From Marsupella aquatica (lineage: Eukaryota; Plantae; Marchantiophyta), in assembly GCA_973895155.1 (NCBI GenBank), contig OZ316891.1:9115875-9179874 (forward strand): 64,000 nucleotides of DNA. Reading direction: 5' to 3'. Numbering within the stretch: the stretch's first letter is position 1; each line of letters begins with the position of its first letter. The notes below the pieces were generated by a model that did not search any database, was not told where the DNA came from, and worked only from the letters and a program-made list of their open reading frames with translations. Both the position numbers and the translations under genes were made by a program. Positions 27,375 through 40,900 of the stretch are shown one piece after another.

Positions 27375-29315
27375 GTCAACTTTGCTTAGCTGTCATCACA
27401 AACACAAACATAAAGAAAACCCGTACATTTGAACTTGGGCAATAATAATCCATTTTTTTTTGTAAATATATTTGTAAATATATGTTAGGATTGAAATGAA
27501 TATTGATATGTGCATGAAACAAAATATTATTAAAAAATATTTAAATTTTACTTCTTGATCAAATTTTGGTTTATTATAATTGAATAAGATACTTGGTTTC
27601 AATGTCTAAAGTAATGAATATTAAATGCTATAAAATAAATATTATAAAAAAATCAATCCTTGGATCTATAGACACATTTAAATATTATAAATCCATGAGA
27701 GATGCCTTGCAAAATTCTTGGCTCCGTTGCGCGCCAGATGAAGTGGTGCACTACAAACACGACTATTCTAATTTGGCAACCCAAAATAATTGTCATGACA
27801 TTCTTTTTAGTGCCATTTTTTTAGTAAAGTTTTTTTTTGCGAATGTTCTAATATACTAACACGTAACTTATAATTTGCACTAAGTAGAATTGAAAGATGA
27901 CTATGTTTAACTAAGTTGAGTTGATTACAATATATAATGTGATGTATGTTGATTATCTGAGCATTGTTATTATTGTTGTAGACAAATAATCTATATGACT
28001 TTAACTATCTTTAAAGTAACAAAAAATATTGCATAAGACATAATCACTTTATATTTCTTGAAGGTACAAAATGTTTTCCTACTTTTTTATGTATTATTTC
28101 TTTACTATTTGAAATATTTCCATGAAATTATTCTGAACTACAAGTTTTGGATATAAGCCTTTTAGTTGGTGTAGTTTTGATTCATTGTCTTTGTGTTCTA
28201 TTCTATGAATTCTTCTCAATTTTATTTTCAAGTTATATGATCTCTCATGATATATTTGACCATAATCCAGATAATTGAAGTTTGTTTGAGAAGATTTTCA
28301 CGAGCCAAGAGTGACCGTAAGAAGGCCCAATCACGATAACATACATTTAATCATGACTGATAATTAATGCACATCTTTAATGTTTCATCTTAAATTTCCA
28401 TAAAGAATCTTAGATTTATGATGCACTTTCTTCTAGCAAGGCTCTTTGCATTACTACATGAGCTCCAAGGTCACTCACCATCCTAATTTTAAAATATTTC
28501 ATGTTATAACCCAGGTTAAACATATAAGACAACCTAAGTTAAGTCTTCTCTACCCAAGTTAACGCTAACTGCCTAACTACCTTACATCTTGAAACAAATA
28601 TGTATTCCTTCATGGATGAATGAATTGATTATCATTGTGTGTAGTTTTCAAGATTCAACACGTTATCAGCACTACTTGCTCAAGACATTTTTTTTAGAAG
28701 AGATACAAACACTGAGGCAAAAGTCACACTACTTACGGATGAGGGGATATAGGAGTTAATGGACCGAGATATAGAGATTGGCTTAACAAATGTTGCAATG
28801 TTTTTTACACGGACCTCATTGAAAAAAGGCGAGAGAGGGAGAATAATTGCGGACAAGAATAGAGTTCCTGCGGACGTGGTGATAGCACAACTGGCCGATA
28901 CAAGCACCCCAATCAAAATCCCTAATTGGGAGAGATAAGTATTATCAAATTTGCAGACGCATGAATGATTTAAACCCTTGGGAGAAATTAAGAACCAAAA
29001 CACACTTGTCCAAATCAACAAAATGCCCTTCATACTTCACGGTCACAAAAAAATTAAGGAACAAAATGATAGAGCCAATTGGTTTGCTGGATGCATTTCA
29101 TCACCAATCCCTCGCACATGTTTGACAAAAAATGCCCCATCTCTCTTCTTCAAGTTGAAAATACTACACTTTACTTCAGAAGATACTCACATAATTGCTG
29201 ACAAACAATTATGGCACATCCCAAAACCTCCCCTCTTCCAAGCACATGTCAACACAAGTAGCCCAGATTTGCACAAGCCTTAACCCCGTAGCCTTAGCTT
29301 ATGCAATTACAACTA

Positions 29316-30215
29316 TGAACTCGATTGAAAAACTTAATTTTCAAGCATTGACCATTGATGGATCCAATTACTTATCATGGTCCTTGGATGTCGAAGCGCA
29401 CTTGGCTTCCAAGGACCTACAAGATACTATAATGATAGATACCAGCCCTACGCGACAGCAAAAGGCTAAAGCACTGATATTGATAAGACACCGCCTAGCA
29501 GATTCCCTAAAGTGCTAGTATATGAATGAGTATAACCCTCAGATTCTCTGGGAAGAACTACATTCCAGATTTGATCACACACGAACAATTTTCCTGCCAG
29601 CAGCAAGACATGATTGGATTAACCTACGAATTCAAGACCACAAAACCATTTTTGATTATAACAGCAAACTCTTTAGGATTGTCGCACAACTAGCAATCTG
29701 TGGACAACCCGTAAGTGATGAGGAGCAAATAGAGAAAACCTTGTCCACCGTACACTCTACTAACTTAATCTTATCCACACAGTACAAGAATATGCACTTC
29801 ACAAAATACTCTGAATTGATTGCGCACATGCTGTTGGCTAAAAAGCACCAACTCCTATTATTACAAAACACTCAAGAGAGACCTTCTGGCACGCTCCCAC
29901 CACAACCAAATCCAGAAACCCATTACAATCACAATTGGACTTCATCTCGGGGCAGAGGTAGTAGCCGAGAGAGAGGGGTTCATACAGGGGCCAGAACATA
30001 ACTACCAACGCGGTGGAAGAAGCAATGCATGTCAAGGAAAGGGTCGAGGAAGATATCAAAACAACGAGTGACGGTCATGCCATGAATACCTAGAAGAGAG
30101 ACAACGACAACCATCATCGAACAAGGAACCAATATAGGAGCAACTCAACAACATCAAAAGATGAATTTGATAACCCCCCAATTTGCTTCAAATGTGGAAC
30201 CAAGGGACACCTAAC
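29316..30215 (+). pseudogene. Ty1/Copia gag remnant (Bianca-like)
   Basis: MNSIEKLNFQALTIDGSNYLSWSLDVEAHL...KAKALILIRHRL...WINLRIQD...EKTLST, an RG-rich linker and the knuckle CFKCGTKGH; internal stops. Confidence 0.85.
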
Positions 30216-31246
30216 TTGATGAAATTTGAATTTTTCTAGAACCCATCTTCATGTTCAAATCACGAGACTTACTCTTTCCTTGGTCTCTAGATCCTAGACT
30301 AATACTTGTTCTCCCTAGCATGAAGGATCCACAAAGGTTTTCAAGATCGACCACCTATTGCAATGGAGAGCAAGTCATGAATTCACCAATCTCTTGGACT
30401 GGGCTCCAAAATCAATGGAAACCAAAATCACAAATTTATGAGTTCTCTAGAGAGGGTGAAAGTTGTGTGATACCAGTCAGATATCACTAGGCCATTCAAG
30501 GGTTTTACATTATTATATACATAGGTTATTGGATTAAAAAAAAAAAAAACTTACACAAGTCAGGATAGCCATGGAACCTTGGATGATGCTAAGATTTAGG
30601 GTATATCAATGGTTGGGTAAACTCTCCACTACCAACATTATTTGTGCTCAAAAGTAAATAGTGGGCATCGACCATCAGTTGTTCAAGGTATGAACAGTGC
30701 AAGCCAACTGCTGGTTGCTTAGGATTGTGTGCATTAGAGGGGATCAAACGATGAGTGTGGACCTCAACACCTAACACCATTAACCAAGCGGCTTACTTTT
30801 GAGGATGCCTCTTTGAGGAGGCTAGTAAGTTCATACCCACTTACAAAGATGAGGAGCTAGCTAGCCCAAATGAGCAGCAAGGGAGCAACAAGAACTAGTG
30901 TGCACAATTGTGGGGAGTTTATTGTGTTGCATTCATTGGAGATTTATTATTTATAAGCTCAAATCTATTCTTGGTTTTAAGTCTTATCTAGTTTCACTAA
31001 ACTAATCCATTTTTAATTTCATGTTCATTTTTGTGCTTTGTTTTTCACTCTCTCTTTCATTCAATTCACTTTACTACCCATTTCCTAAAGATTGTTCCTA
31101 TCCTAGGGTTCCACTCATTAAATGCAACCAAAACACTAGTTCATTTATTTCATTTGGATTTTTGAATGCCATACACAACCAAGAAATATAAATCCAAACC
31201 TCTGACTGTAAACTTTTGATGACCTCCATATTTCCTTATATTTCTC

Positions 31247-31543
31247 CTTGGGGGTTTCACTTCCACAAAAATGGCATATCACGTGCGACGAAGGATAGGG
31301 TCATTTTATTGGTTCTAAGGGAAAACTTAAGAAGTTTTGTAGAAGAACAATAGGGTCTTTTAAATTCAATTTTGAGACTTATAAGAACATTAGGGTCTTT
31401 TTAATCCAATTTTTAGAATATTCCAAGAATATTCCAACTTTATAGGGGTTAAAAAATTAAAAAAAATTCTTACATTTTAGGGGGTCCGAGGCCAAAAAAC
31501 CCCGCAGGCGATGGGGAGGTCCCCATATAGTGAGACCCCCGAG
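31247..31543 (-). mobile_element. hAT-type MITE, copy 1 (~297 bp)
   Basis: TIRs CTTGGGGGTTTCACT / AGTGAGACCCCCGAG; 8-bp TSD TATTTCTC on both sides. Confidence 0.9.
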
Positions 31544-33199
31544 TATTTCTCCCTTTAAATGATAAGTTATTTTTGTCAAAAAGGTTTCTAGCAAAAGCAA
31601 ACCATTCCCATCCACCAATATTCCCAAGAGTAGCAAGAGTTTTCCATTCCAAAATTCACTTTTGGTCAATCAAATGATTTTTATTCTTTTTGTGATTGTT
31701 TAGATGAAAAGGCTTATTCAAGAGACACGATTGTTCATTAATTAAAGTAATCTCCATGTGAATACTATAAATATAGGTTTGATTAAAGATTATCAAAAAA
31801 TCTCTACTTGTTTCTCTTGCTTTTGATAACTCTTACTTTGTAGCTTTGATAGTCTCTTGAACTCTTTCTGTCCATTTGTTGGTTGTTCCAAGTTTCCAAC
31901 CCACTTTGACAATTCTTTCTTTAAATTGATTCTTTACATTTCCCCTATCCATCTATTCCTAAAGCTTGAAGACAATGAAGATGAATCCCAAACCAGTCAA
32001 ATGCACCTGCTGATCCAACAACGAGGGAGCCAGGTTGCAATTGCATGTACATGTTTCTCCGTGTAGAACAATAGCAATCCGTCTATCGATTCATCAAACA
32101 TTAAGCCAAGAATTGTTGTTGTGGCAGAGGAGAACAAAATTGTCTCTCAGCAAAAACTCTTCGGGCTATGTGCCCCAACCAAATTTTGCTATGTGCCCAA
32201 TTGTAAATAATTGATTATTCATTCAATTGAAATTTGTGTAAATCTATAAATAAACAACATATTAATCATTTAATTAAAATTTTATGTCTATTTCACTTCA
32301 ATCTAAAAATAAATTATTTACCATAAAATATCCACAATGAGGGCCTTTTTTCACAACCACTACTAATTAATACCTTATCCTGCCAAAATTTGTCCTTTGT
32401 CCATTTACAACTAAAAAAAAAGTGGACATGAATCTTAGCCCTTCATGAAAATTTATTTTTCTGATACCATTAGATCCATCCATACCCCTTTCAATCTCAA
32501 TTGCCTTTGCCCAAGCTGCTAGTGCTTGAGCTAGATGAAAAATTAATTTAAATTAATCCCTGGATCCCCTTGTTGATCCAAGGAATGAGTGTCTTTAGAA
32601 TCAAGTAAAGTTGCTTTTTTTGGAGCAAAGAAGTGAATTTTTTATTAATGCAAAATTGTTTTTTGATACATGAAATTGGAATCCTGATCTACCTAACAAT
32701 GCCTAAGTCCCCTCTAGGTGGCATTGTACTTGCGCTTTGTTGTACAACGAGCTTGTTGGTATACACAAAGTATTCTCACGTGTATGATTGTGGAGAGCTA
32801 GTTAAATCAATATGCAGAAAATTGAGGGTTTTAATAAACTATTTTTGAACAACAATACTATATAAAAGGAGGTATTCTATTGTGCGAGCAAACAGGAGTT
32901 TTGCTAGCGAGGACAGCAGGCTAGCGAGGCAAGTTTGCGCGTAATTTGAGGGTAGTTAAGGCGCATTCCCAAGTAAGATTGTCGATATATATTGTGAAAG
33001 AGTTAAGGAAAACGAAAATGCAGATACTTAAATATTCACAAACTCAAAAATCGAGATCTTCACTACACTGAACTGAATGAAAAGGCATCATCACTGTCAA
33101 CAAAACCAGGTGAAAAAACCTTTCACAATCCATCTTTAATAAAACTTTGGTATGACAAATATCTTCTGGAATGAGATTGCATCTGAAATTGACCATGAG

Positions 33200-36100
33200 T
33201 CATTGAGAATCCTCTGATTCCAAATCATCTGAGGAATTACTAGGATCGCTACTGGACTCCCTATCAGTCTCCTCAGCCGAACCGTCAACATACTGTGCTA
33301 CAGTCCCAGCCTCATCATCTATGAACTGAGGGCAGTAAAGGGCTTTCCGAACACCCCTCACTGACCGCAGACCTTTCCCCTCCCAAGTCAAAACGACGGG
33401 CGCTTCATCAACCTCCTTTGCAGTCTTTTCAGCATAGCATGGAAGCGCAAATCCCTTCTCAGGGGTCACAAGAAAATGATCCTCGATTTCTTTCCGAAGA
33501 TGGAATCTCTCCTCCGAAAACCAATCCGAACGCCTATCACTGAAGAAATCACCAGAATCGGATCAATACTAAACATCCGAAAATTCTACAAACAAAAGAA
33601 AAACACCAAATAGGGAGTTCTACATCAAAGGCTAAGTGCTTTACTCCATCCCGTAATGTTGGCCAATTGTACGGAGCCATTGGAGAACTTCATGGTTACT
33701 CTAAAGGGTCCTAACCAGTGAGTGTAAAGCTTCCCTGGAAACCTACTATACCTACTGTCATAAAGTAACACAAGGTCGAATTCATCCTTCTCGTCTGAAG
33801 GTCTTCCCTGATCATCTCCTAGGATGGTGAACTCATCATCCGACCCTTCATCATTGGGATCATCATTTTTTGGGTCTGCGGCCCCTTTCAACTTCTGGGC
33901 ATGTCTATCCAACACATTTGCCAAAGTTCTTTGCGCACACAGATGAAGAATGTCTCGATCTTCAACACCCACAACAAATCTCCCAGCGTATTCCCCAGCG
34001 GAAAAAGCACTTCCATCTCCAACAGTCCAGTCAATGACAATGTCCTTTCGCAAAGTAAGGATCTCCATTACGGCTTGCATGAACCCAACTGACAATCTAT
34101 TGGAACCTGTGAAAGCCGCCCTGGGACTGGGATCAGTTTTTGGGTAGCAAACACTCAACATCGATTTATGGCGGGCATCCTCCGAGGAAGTCATTGGAAC
34201 ATATCCTGTATGTTTCGGGACTTTTGCCGAGAATTCCACCTTGCAGAAGACATCCATAATGAGAGTAACCACCTGAATTGAAAATGAGAATATGTAAGAA
34301 ATGGGCACTTTTGGTTAGCAAGCTCGCTAGCAAAAATTGCACAAAAATATGGAGGATATCTTACCTCGATGTCCATATCTGCCTGATACAAAGGAGATGA
34401 AAGCAAAACCGAATACTGCCGAACATGTTTAAATTTGTTCTTTTGCTCGACGGCAGAAAAAATTTGCCTCATATGGTTATAGTCAGAGTTGTGAAGAACT
34501 GTGACATAACCATCATCGGCAAGCATCGGACGCATGACTCCAAAGAAATAATATGGTAATTTCTCACTCCAAACATTCCACTTCGGGACCTCCCGGTCTG
34601 TGACGCTTGTTCGATGACCCGTGGGAAGGAATATGAAACCCAAGTGAGCACCAATTCCAGCGTAATTTTTCCATTCATCATCACGGCGTTTGGGTGTTCG
34701 CTCGATTTGCTCATTCCAGACAACCACTGATCCGCATCGCCCATCTAGGGAGGTCTTACTTTCCTCTGGCTAATTGAGTTTGCAGTTTCCGTGAGATTGC
34801 TCTTTGCCAAGAAATGCCTCTCACCGTCCTTCTTAAGACCACACATTCGTGCTACTCCTTGCGCGACGCATGCTTCCTCCTCATCCGAGTCGGAGAGAAT
34901 TTGGACATTGTGCTTCCTCTTTAAACGCTTGATTGAACCCAGGTCCACAACAGATTTTGTTGTGACCTCAACATCAGGAGACTTGGGTTCTTCTCCATCA
35001 TCCGCCCCACTCTTCAAACTGCCAGAGGCTGCAGCCTTTCTCTTCTCTGAAAAACATGTTAATGTCAGACAGGTGACTGAGACAAAATTACTCCGAATGA
35101 GGTATGAAAAAAAGAAGAGAAAAAGACTTACTTTGCTTCCCAGACAAGACTGATCCATCTTTGGACGTGTCCTTCACCGGCACCTTCCGAGGTCTCCTCG
35201 ATCTACTCCGGTCGACAATGGCAGCTACACCAAGAACAGCTTTCTCCATTGCCTCACATCCGCCAGCCTCGGCTTCTGCAGGAGCTAATTTGGACTCTGT
35301 AATGTACGACTCTGGTATCAAGCCTCGATTTATCATATGAAATGCTGCCTTCTCTGCTGTGTCAAATGTCACTGCCCATTTGTCTGATTCTAAATACCAT
35401 GGACAGTGAAGGACTTCCCACTCACTCATCTTCCTTGGAGCCTCCACTCCCTCACATGGGTACATCGAGTACTCTCCATATTTAACGGAGGTTGGATCCT
35501 CTTTTACTCCTGCTATCCAAGGCGAGAAGCAAGCAGGATAGGACCACCAATATGTTTTGTCAGCAACTTCTCTATCCACAAAAAAACGATACGTATATCT
35601 CTTCGCCCTCCTCCGAAAAAGTGAGATGTCAATCTTCTCACCCGACTTTGGTGGCCAAATCTGTTTGAAAAAACAAGATTTCACTCTCGTTTGGAAATCT
35701 TCAAAGTCCTCCTCTATGTCAAGGATCAGCGATGGCTTTGTCTTCTCAGACGAAGTAAGGATCCTTGCATTTGGAACAGTTGGGATCAACTCTGAAATAA
35801 TCTCAGACATGAGCGAAGAACAAATTGACTCAACCTGCTCCCATACAGCCCATCGGTGAAGCAAAAGTTTTGTTTCGCTGTCCGAGAATTGACCAGGGTG
35901 GAAGTACTTCTTGCGAAGCTCAGGTCTGCATTGTGCCTCGAGGAGTACACATCTGAGCTGGGGAGTCAACGATGAGACACCCGTAAATAGCCTCGCACGA
36001 TCGAGACCACATGACACATTACCCCTTTCTTTATCGTCTGTTCGTTGGGCCTCCTTCCTCTCATGTTCGCAGTAGTTGTGCATCTCAACACACTTCTGGA

Positions 36101-37288
36101 AAAAGTCACCAAACTCAGGATTCAGGAGAGGTCCAATCTTTGGCACCTTCACATTCCAATCTGCCAGTTGCTCCTTCATCATGTCTTTGACTGCCATGTC
36201 TTGCGCAGCTTTTGAAAGAGGTTCTCCTTGCGCTTCTTTCAACTGAAACTTCTTCTTCAAATCTTCCGTCTGCGCTGCAATATTAGCAGCAGACAGAATG
36301 TACGTGCAGGCATCGAGTGTCATGTTCTTCGAATACCAAGCCGGTTTCCTGATATTTGCCATCTTCTGCTGGAAAAGTTTGTAGTTGTCTGCATCGATGA
36401 TATCTTTGTATACAGAAAGGTCATTACTGAGAACCTTGTGGACTCTCTCTGCTTCAAGGACCCAAGAATTCTCAACGTGACATTGAGTCAACCTGAACAA
36501 AAGAAACAGGTCAGCGAGATCGCTAAGAAGAGGAAATGAAAGAATTTTATATACAATTCACAGCTTGAAGGAAAAGAAACAAACCTATTCAGCACATGCA
36601 TTGCCGACTCAATCTGCACGAATGAGTTCTTGTCACCCTTGAAAATTCGGCAAACAACTCGAGGATGATATTTGACATCATGGGGATTCTCGTCCGCAAG
36701 TTGCATCCATGAGTACAGACGATGATTTCCATCAAAAACATAGAACATTTTGTCTTTCAAAATTTTGAAAGCTTCGTGAGAATCACATTCCCTCTCGAAT
36801 TCTTCATTCTGAAGAATCCACATGTCATCCCACGACTCCCGAATCACATCCTCGCACATCTGGACAAGGCCATCTTCGCCGATCATTTGGACGTAAAATC
36901 AAGGCGCATCTTCGATGTATCCCAGCGTCCGGAATTCATTCTTGAGTGTCTCGATCGCAGTCGAGTTTGTTTGCAAGGACCGAACGATCTGCATGTTTCG
37001 CATTCTGCAAAGGGGAATCCTCGGAGGAGCGAGCGGGAATCCAAATTTGTCATTTCCAAAAGGGAAAAGATGGCGATTGATGACAACAGAATAGGGTTCT
37101 GAAGCTCCAGGTTGAAACGTAGGATTCACAACATCTACTTGGTTCACCATCTTGGGCCTCCTCGGTGTTTTCAATCCCGCCTGGAGCGCCTTCTTGTTCA
37201 CTGTAGACCTGGTCTCCCTTCGGCTTGACTCGACTGACTTGAACGATCCTATTGATGACAAGCTCTCGGGTGAAGACAATGGCTCCAT
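33200..37288 (-). pseudogene. MULE cargo gene: ParB/Srx-like N-terminal domain + linker + degenerate beta-class N4C/N6A DNA-methyltransferase-like domain + acidic tail
   Basis: GT-AG introns at 36584-36493, 35131-35047 and 34364-34273 splice in frame. N-terminus: IPLCRM..VR...GY...FYV...FYVFDGNHRL. C-terminus: HLGFIFLPTG..VPKWN..MLADDGYVTVLH..FMQAVMEILTLRKDIVIDWTVGDGSAFSAGEYAGRFVVGVE. There is a premature TGA at 36899 and a frameshift near 34770. Confidence 0.7.
33640..33778 (-). mobile_element. Gypsy integrase C-terminal (GPY/F) fragment inside the MULE
   Basis: DLVLLYDSRYSRFPGKLYTHWLGPFRVTMKFSNGSVQLA. Confidence 0.8.
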
Positions 37289-37926
37289 CAGGGGGTCCGT
37301 GAAGTGATAAGGGTATGAACAGGTCAAGGTCGAGGGTGACACGCTTTACAAACATAAAAAACCCAAGAATCGATCTTCCAATCAAAGACAGAATCATACC
37401 CTCGTCTGTTGCTTTCACCTGAATGCTGCGCCCGGTCGTGAAAAGAGATACAAATATTCTGTACGACTCTTCTCGCAATCATTTTTCAGACACCGTCAGG
37501 TATACATGTACTTTCAGAAATACGAACCACCGAACTCACGACTGAAAGAAAAGTATCTAATGACAAAGAGACAGGTGTCCGGTACTGTACCGTACCGTTG
37601 ACATATAGGTACCCGTTGACCAATTCCAACGGATATAAACGGTCACAATGGTCTCTTATGAGGAATACTAAATACATGAACTCATGAAGGGTGTTTTGTA
37701 AGGATTTGAAACAATTTTACTTGGTTCATTGAGCTAGCGAGATCGCTAGCTTGATCATTCCGCAAATAGTGTCATATAAGACAAAATAACGGTCAGATAA
37801 CGGGAATAAGAGGCATTTATTAAATAAATACGTTGAGTCCAACACCTACACAAGCACGTTTCCTCATATGTATTTGGAGAAAGAAGAGAGCGAAGTATCT
37901 CACATTGGGGATTTCTGTAGACTGTA

Positions 37927-40900
37927 ATGTCCAAAACTTCTAGCATGTCTTCATTGGGATCGAAGGTTGTGATCGAGAGAAAGACTATGGGTGATGTTGT
38001 TGTTCTGAATGTTCCGAAGAATACTATTATCTCTGTCAAGGAGTCTTTTCTCTCATCGAGGTTTGGGCTTTTGAAAGATGATTTCATCTGGAAGTTGTTC
38101 GTTCTTTACTCTCGGGATGGATCCAGAAGTCACGAGGTGTTGGATAATGGTTCAGGAATATTGCCAGAAAGAGCTTGGGACCTGAAGTGTGGTTCAGATG
38201 TAGAGCTAGTCTCATGTAAGGATGACATTGCACATATCAATGTTTCCGATCCAGAATCCCCGACACGCCCGTCACCTGCAGTACCAGAAATTATTGACAT
38301 ATCCCCTGAGAGTGTGGGTAGGGATCTCTCTTCTGTGTCGACAAAGTCTTCTGAGAAATCCATTTTTGAAGCAGTGAGTCAAAACGAGTTTCAATCTCAG
38401 CCAGTTCTTTATCGAGTTAGTGCATATGATGCCTTTCTCAATATTACTGGGTCAAGCGAGTTGGCAAATTTCCGCAGGGGAAACGATTGGAAGGAGATTC
38501 AAGTGCAGACTTTGCCCACTTCATACAACGGAAACTGCGTTTTTGAGCTTCCTCCGGTCGAAGGTCAATTTCGTCGAGGATATGGTCTTCAGGACATGGA
38601 TAGGGATAATGACGGCTATCCATGGACGAGACTTCTCACAACTTCAGCTAATCTCAAACCTCGCAATCACTGGTCTGTGTCAAAAGTCAGATGTGCCGGT
38701 GTACTTGAATGCCAAAATCTAGTCTGTAGAAAGTTGAAGCACACCGGTTCAAAAAATGACTCTTCTTTCCGAGGAAAGGGACAATTTACTGAGCCGTTTC
38801 ATCTTGGTGAGCTTGTGGAGGAAGGAGGGTTGGTGTGCGGATTCTGTGAAGAGAGGCCTCTCTGCATCCGTGAATGTCCGGCTAAGCTTTTGTACGTCTA
38901 TCCTAAGCCGTCTCTTGAGTCAAATGTTGCGAAACATATGTCTCGATTGGCTGTTCACATGGGTTTCCATGACCACGTTGTTTGGAAGGGGAAATCTTGA
39001 TTGGCAAAAAAACAGGCGGAGGAGATAGTTTCTGGTGTTCATAAAGCGAATCCCGTGTGTACGCCAGGGCGTGTTCTTAACAAGTGTATAGGAAACCTGG
39101 TTTCTCTTTTGCATCCAGAGTCTTCTTCAGAACTATCAAAAGAAGAAGAGAGAGAAATTTGGGAATCGATGAAGGTTGTGTCCACTGTTGAGAAATTCCA
39201 GGCCATATTCCGGAGCGTGAAAATGGATAACCCAAAAAAAGGTGAGTTGGATTCTCTTCGTGAGATGCAAGCACGGAATAATTTTCCTTACGTTCAGAGG
39301 TACCTTTTCCCTGGGCAGGGGAGCAAGACCGATAGGGCTCATGTCTTCAAAATGAGTACAAATGGGCCCGGTTCTGGTGTCGATATTCTCAGGCAGATGA
39401 AGAGTGGAGGTGAGCTGGAAGGAGCATGGGTCAGTTCTGATGTAATGCGGAGAATAAGCACTGGGTGGCTGACTTTTAGCGCCCATGTGTACGACCATAA
39501 TTACAGGTCCCTTTGTACCATCTTCACTTGTGAGCTCCGTGCGGAGGACTCCTTATCTCTTGAAACCGCATGGAGATATATGATTGAAGTTGCCTCTGAT
39601 CATGATGTGCATGACCCACTCATTGGAGGATTTATTGTCGATAATGCCGAGGCTGGATGGATCGCCATTCGAAATGTTTTTTTTGGAGGTGTCCGTCACC
39701 CACAGAAGGAGCACAGTGATGCCTTTCACTTTGCTCAATCTCTTCGTCGTCACACATTGGAGGGTATTTGGGAAGATTGCCATCGAGAGCACTATAAACT
39801 GTGGGAAAGGCTGAGAACAGCACCAACATATGTTCAGGCCTACCGTGTTGCTGACGAAATCCATCCTTGGTGGAAGGAAGGAAACTGCTATGCTGGGAAA
39901 TTGAAGTCTCTCCAAGGATGGTTATCTTGGTGGGTCATGAGGTGGAGGCAGTGGGGGAACTTCATCCGCGTTGTAAGTGTCCAATTTCATTTCTCTTTGA
40001 CGTCATTGTTTTTGCTAGCGACCTCGCTAGCATATCAGGTCTGACTGGGGACTACTATTTCGCAGACGCAAACCGCAATGGAGTCAGCCTTGATGCCAAA
40101 TTGTACTGGAGCGGAATCAGTCCATGCATCTATGAGATCCTGCCAAATGAAGAAACTAGTGGGATTGATTGAAGCATGTGAGGTGGACCAGAATCGTGCT
40201 GCGGGGCAAATTGCTGCTTTTACTGCCTACAGTGAAGGTGTTCACAGAGGCCAGGGGCCGACCATTTTTGAATCAGCATATAGGAACGCCGATGCTATGG
40301 GATCCATGGATGCTTACGAAAAGGCAACAAATCTTTTGCTTGAGTCTTCAGCTAAGTATGAATTCTATAGAACAGTTCCATTACATGGCGATCTCCGAAC
40401 AACATCCACGAAGAGGAAAGGGAAAGCTTCAGCTGTAATCCACGAGAATGACTCCCACAGACATGACAAGGTGTCACGCACAACAGCTTCTCCTTCAGGA
40501 CTAAAAAGGCGTAATCTCTATCCTGAATTTTGCTTTGTCAATGTTTTGGAGACTTCTGCGGACCCAGAAGTAGCAAATAATACAACTTTGGCAACACCTG
40601 TCGGAGGTTGTTCTGCTGGAGTTATCCATATTTCAGATGATGATGGTGATGATGCAAGTCGTAATGTCAATGATACCGTGAAGATGGGGACTCAACCTTC
40701 GTGTGATGTCGGGGATGACCATCGGGATGCTCCCCAAAGGATCCCTTCCATCCGAGAGGTTGATGTTCCTTGTGGGACCTGGCATCTCAGGCGGAGCGGT
40801 AGAGGTGTTGGACCTGTTTGCAACGGGTCGGTTGACCGAAGCGTTTTTGGAAGAGATGAATGTAGAAATATCATCAAGGAGACTGGATGTAAGTCCGCGC

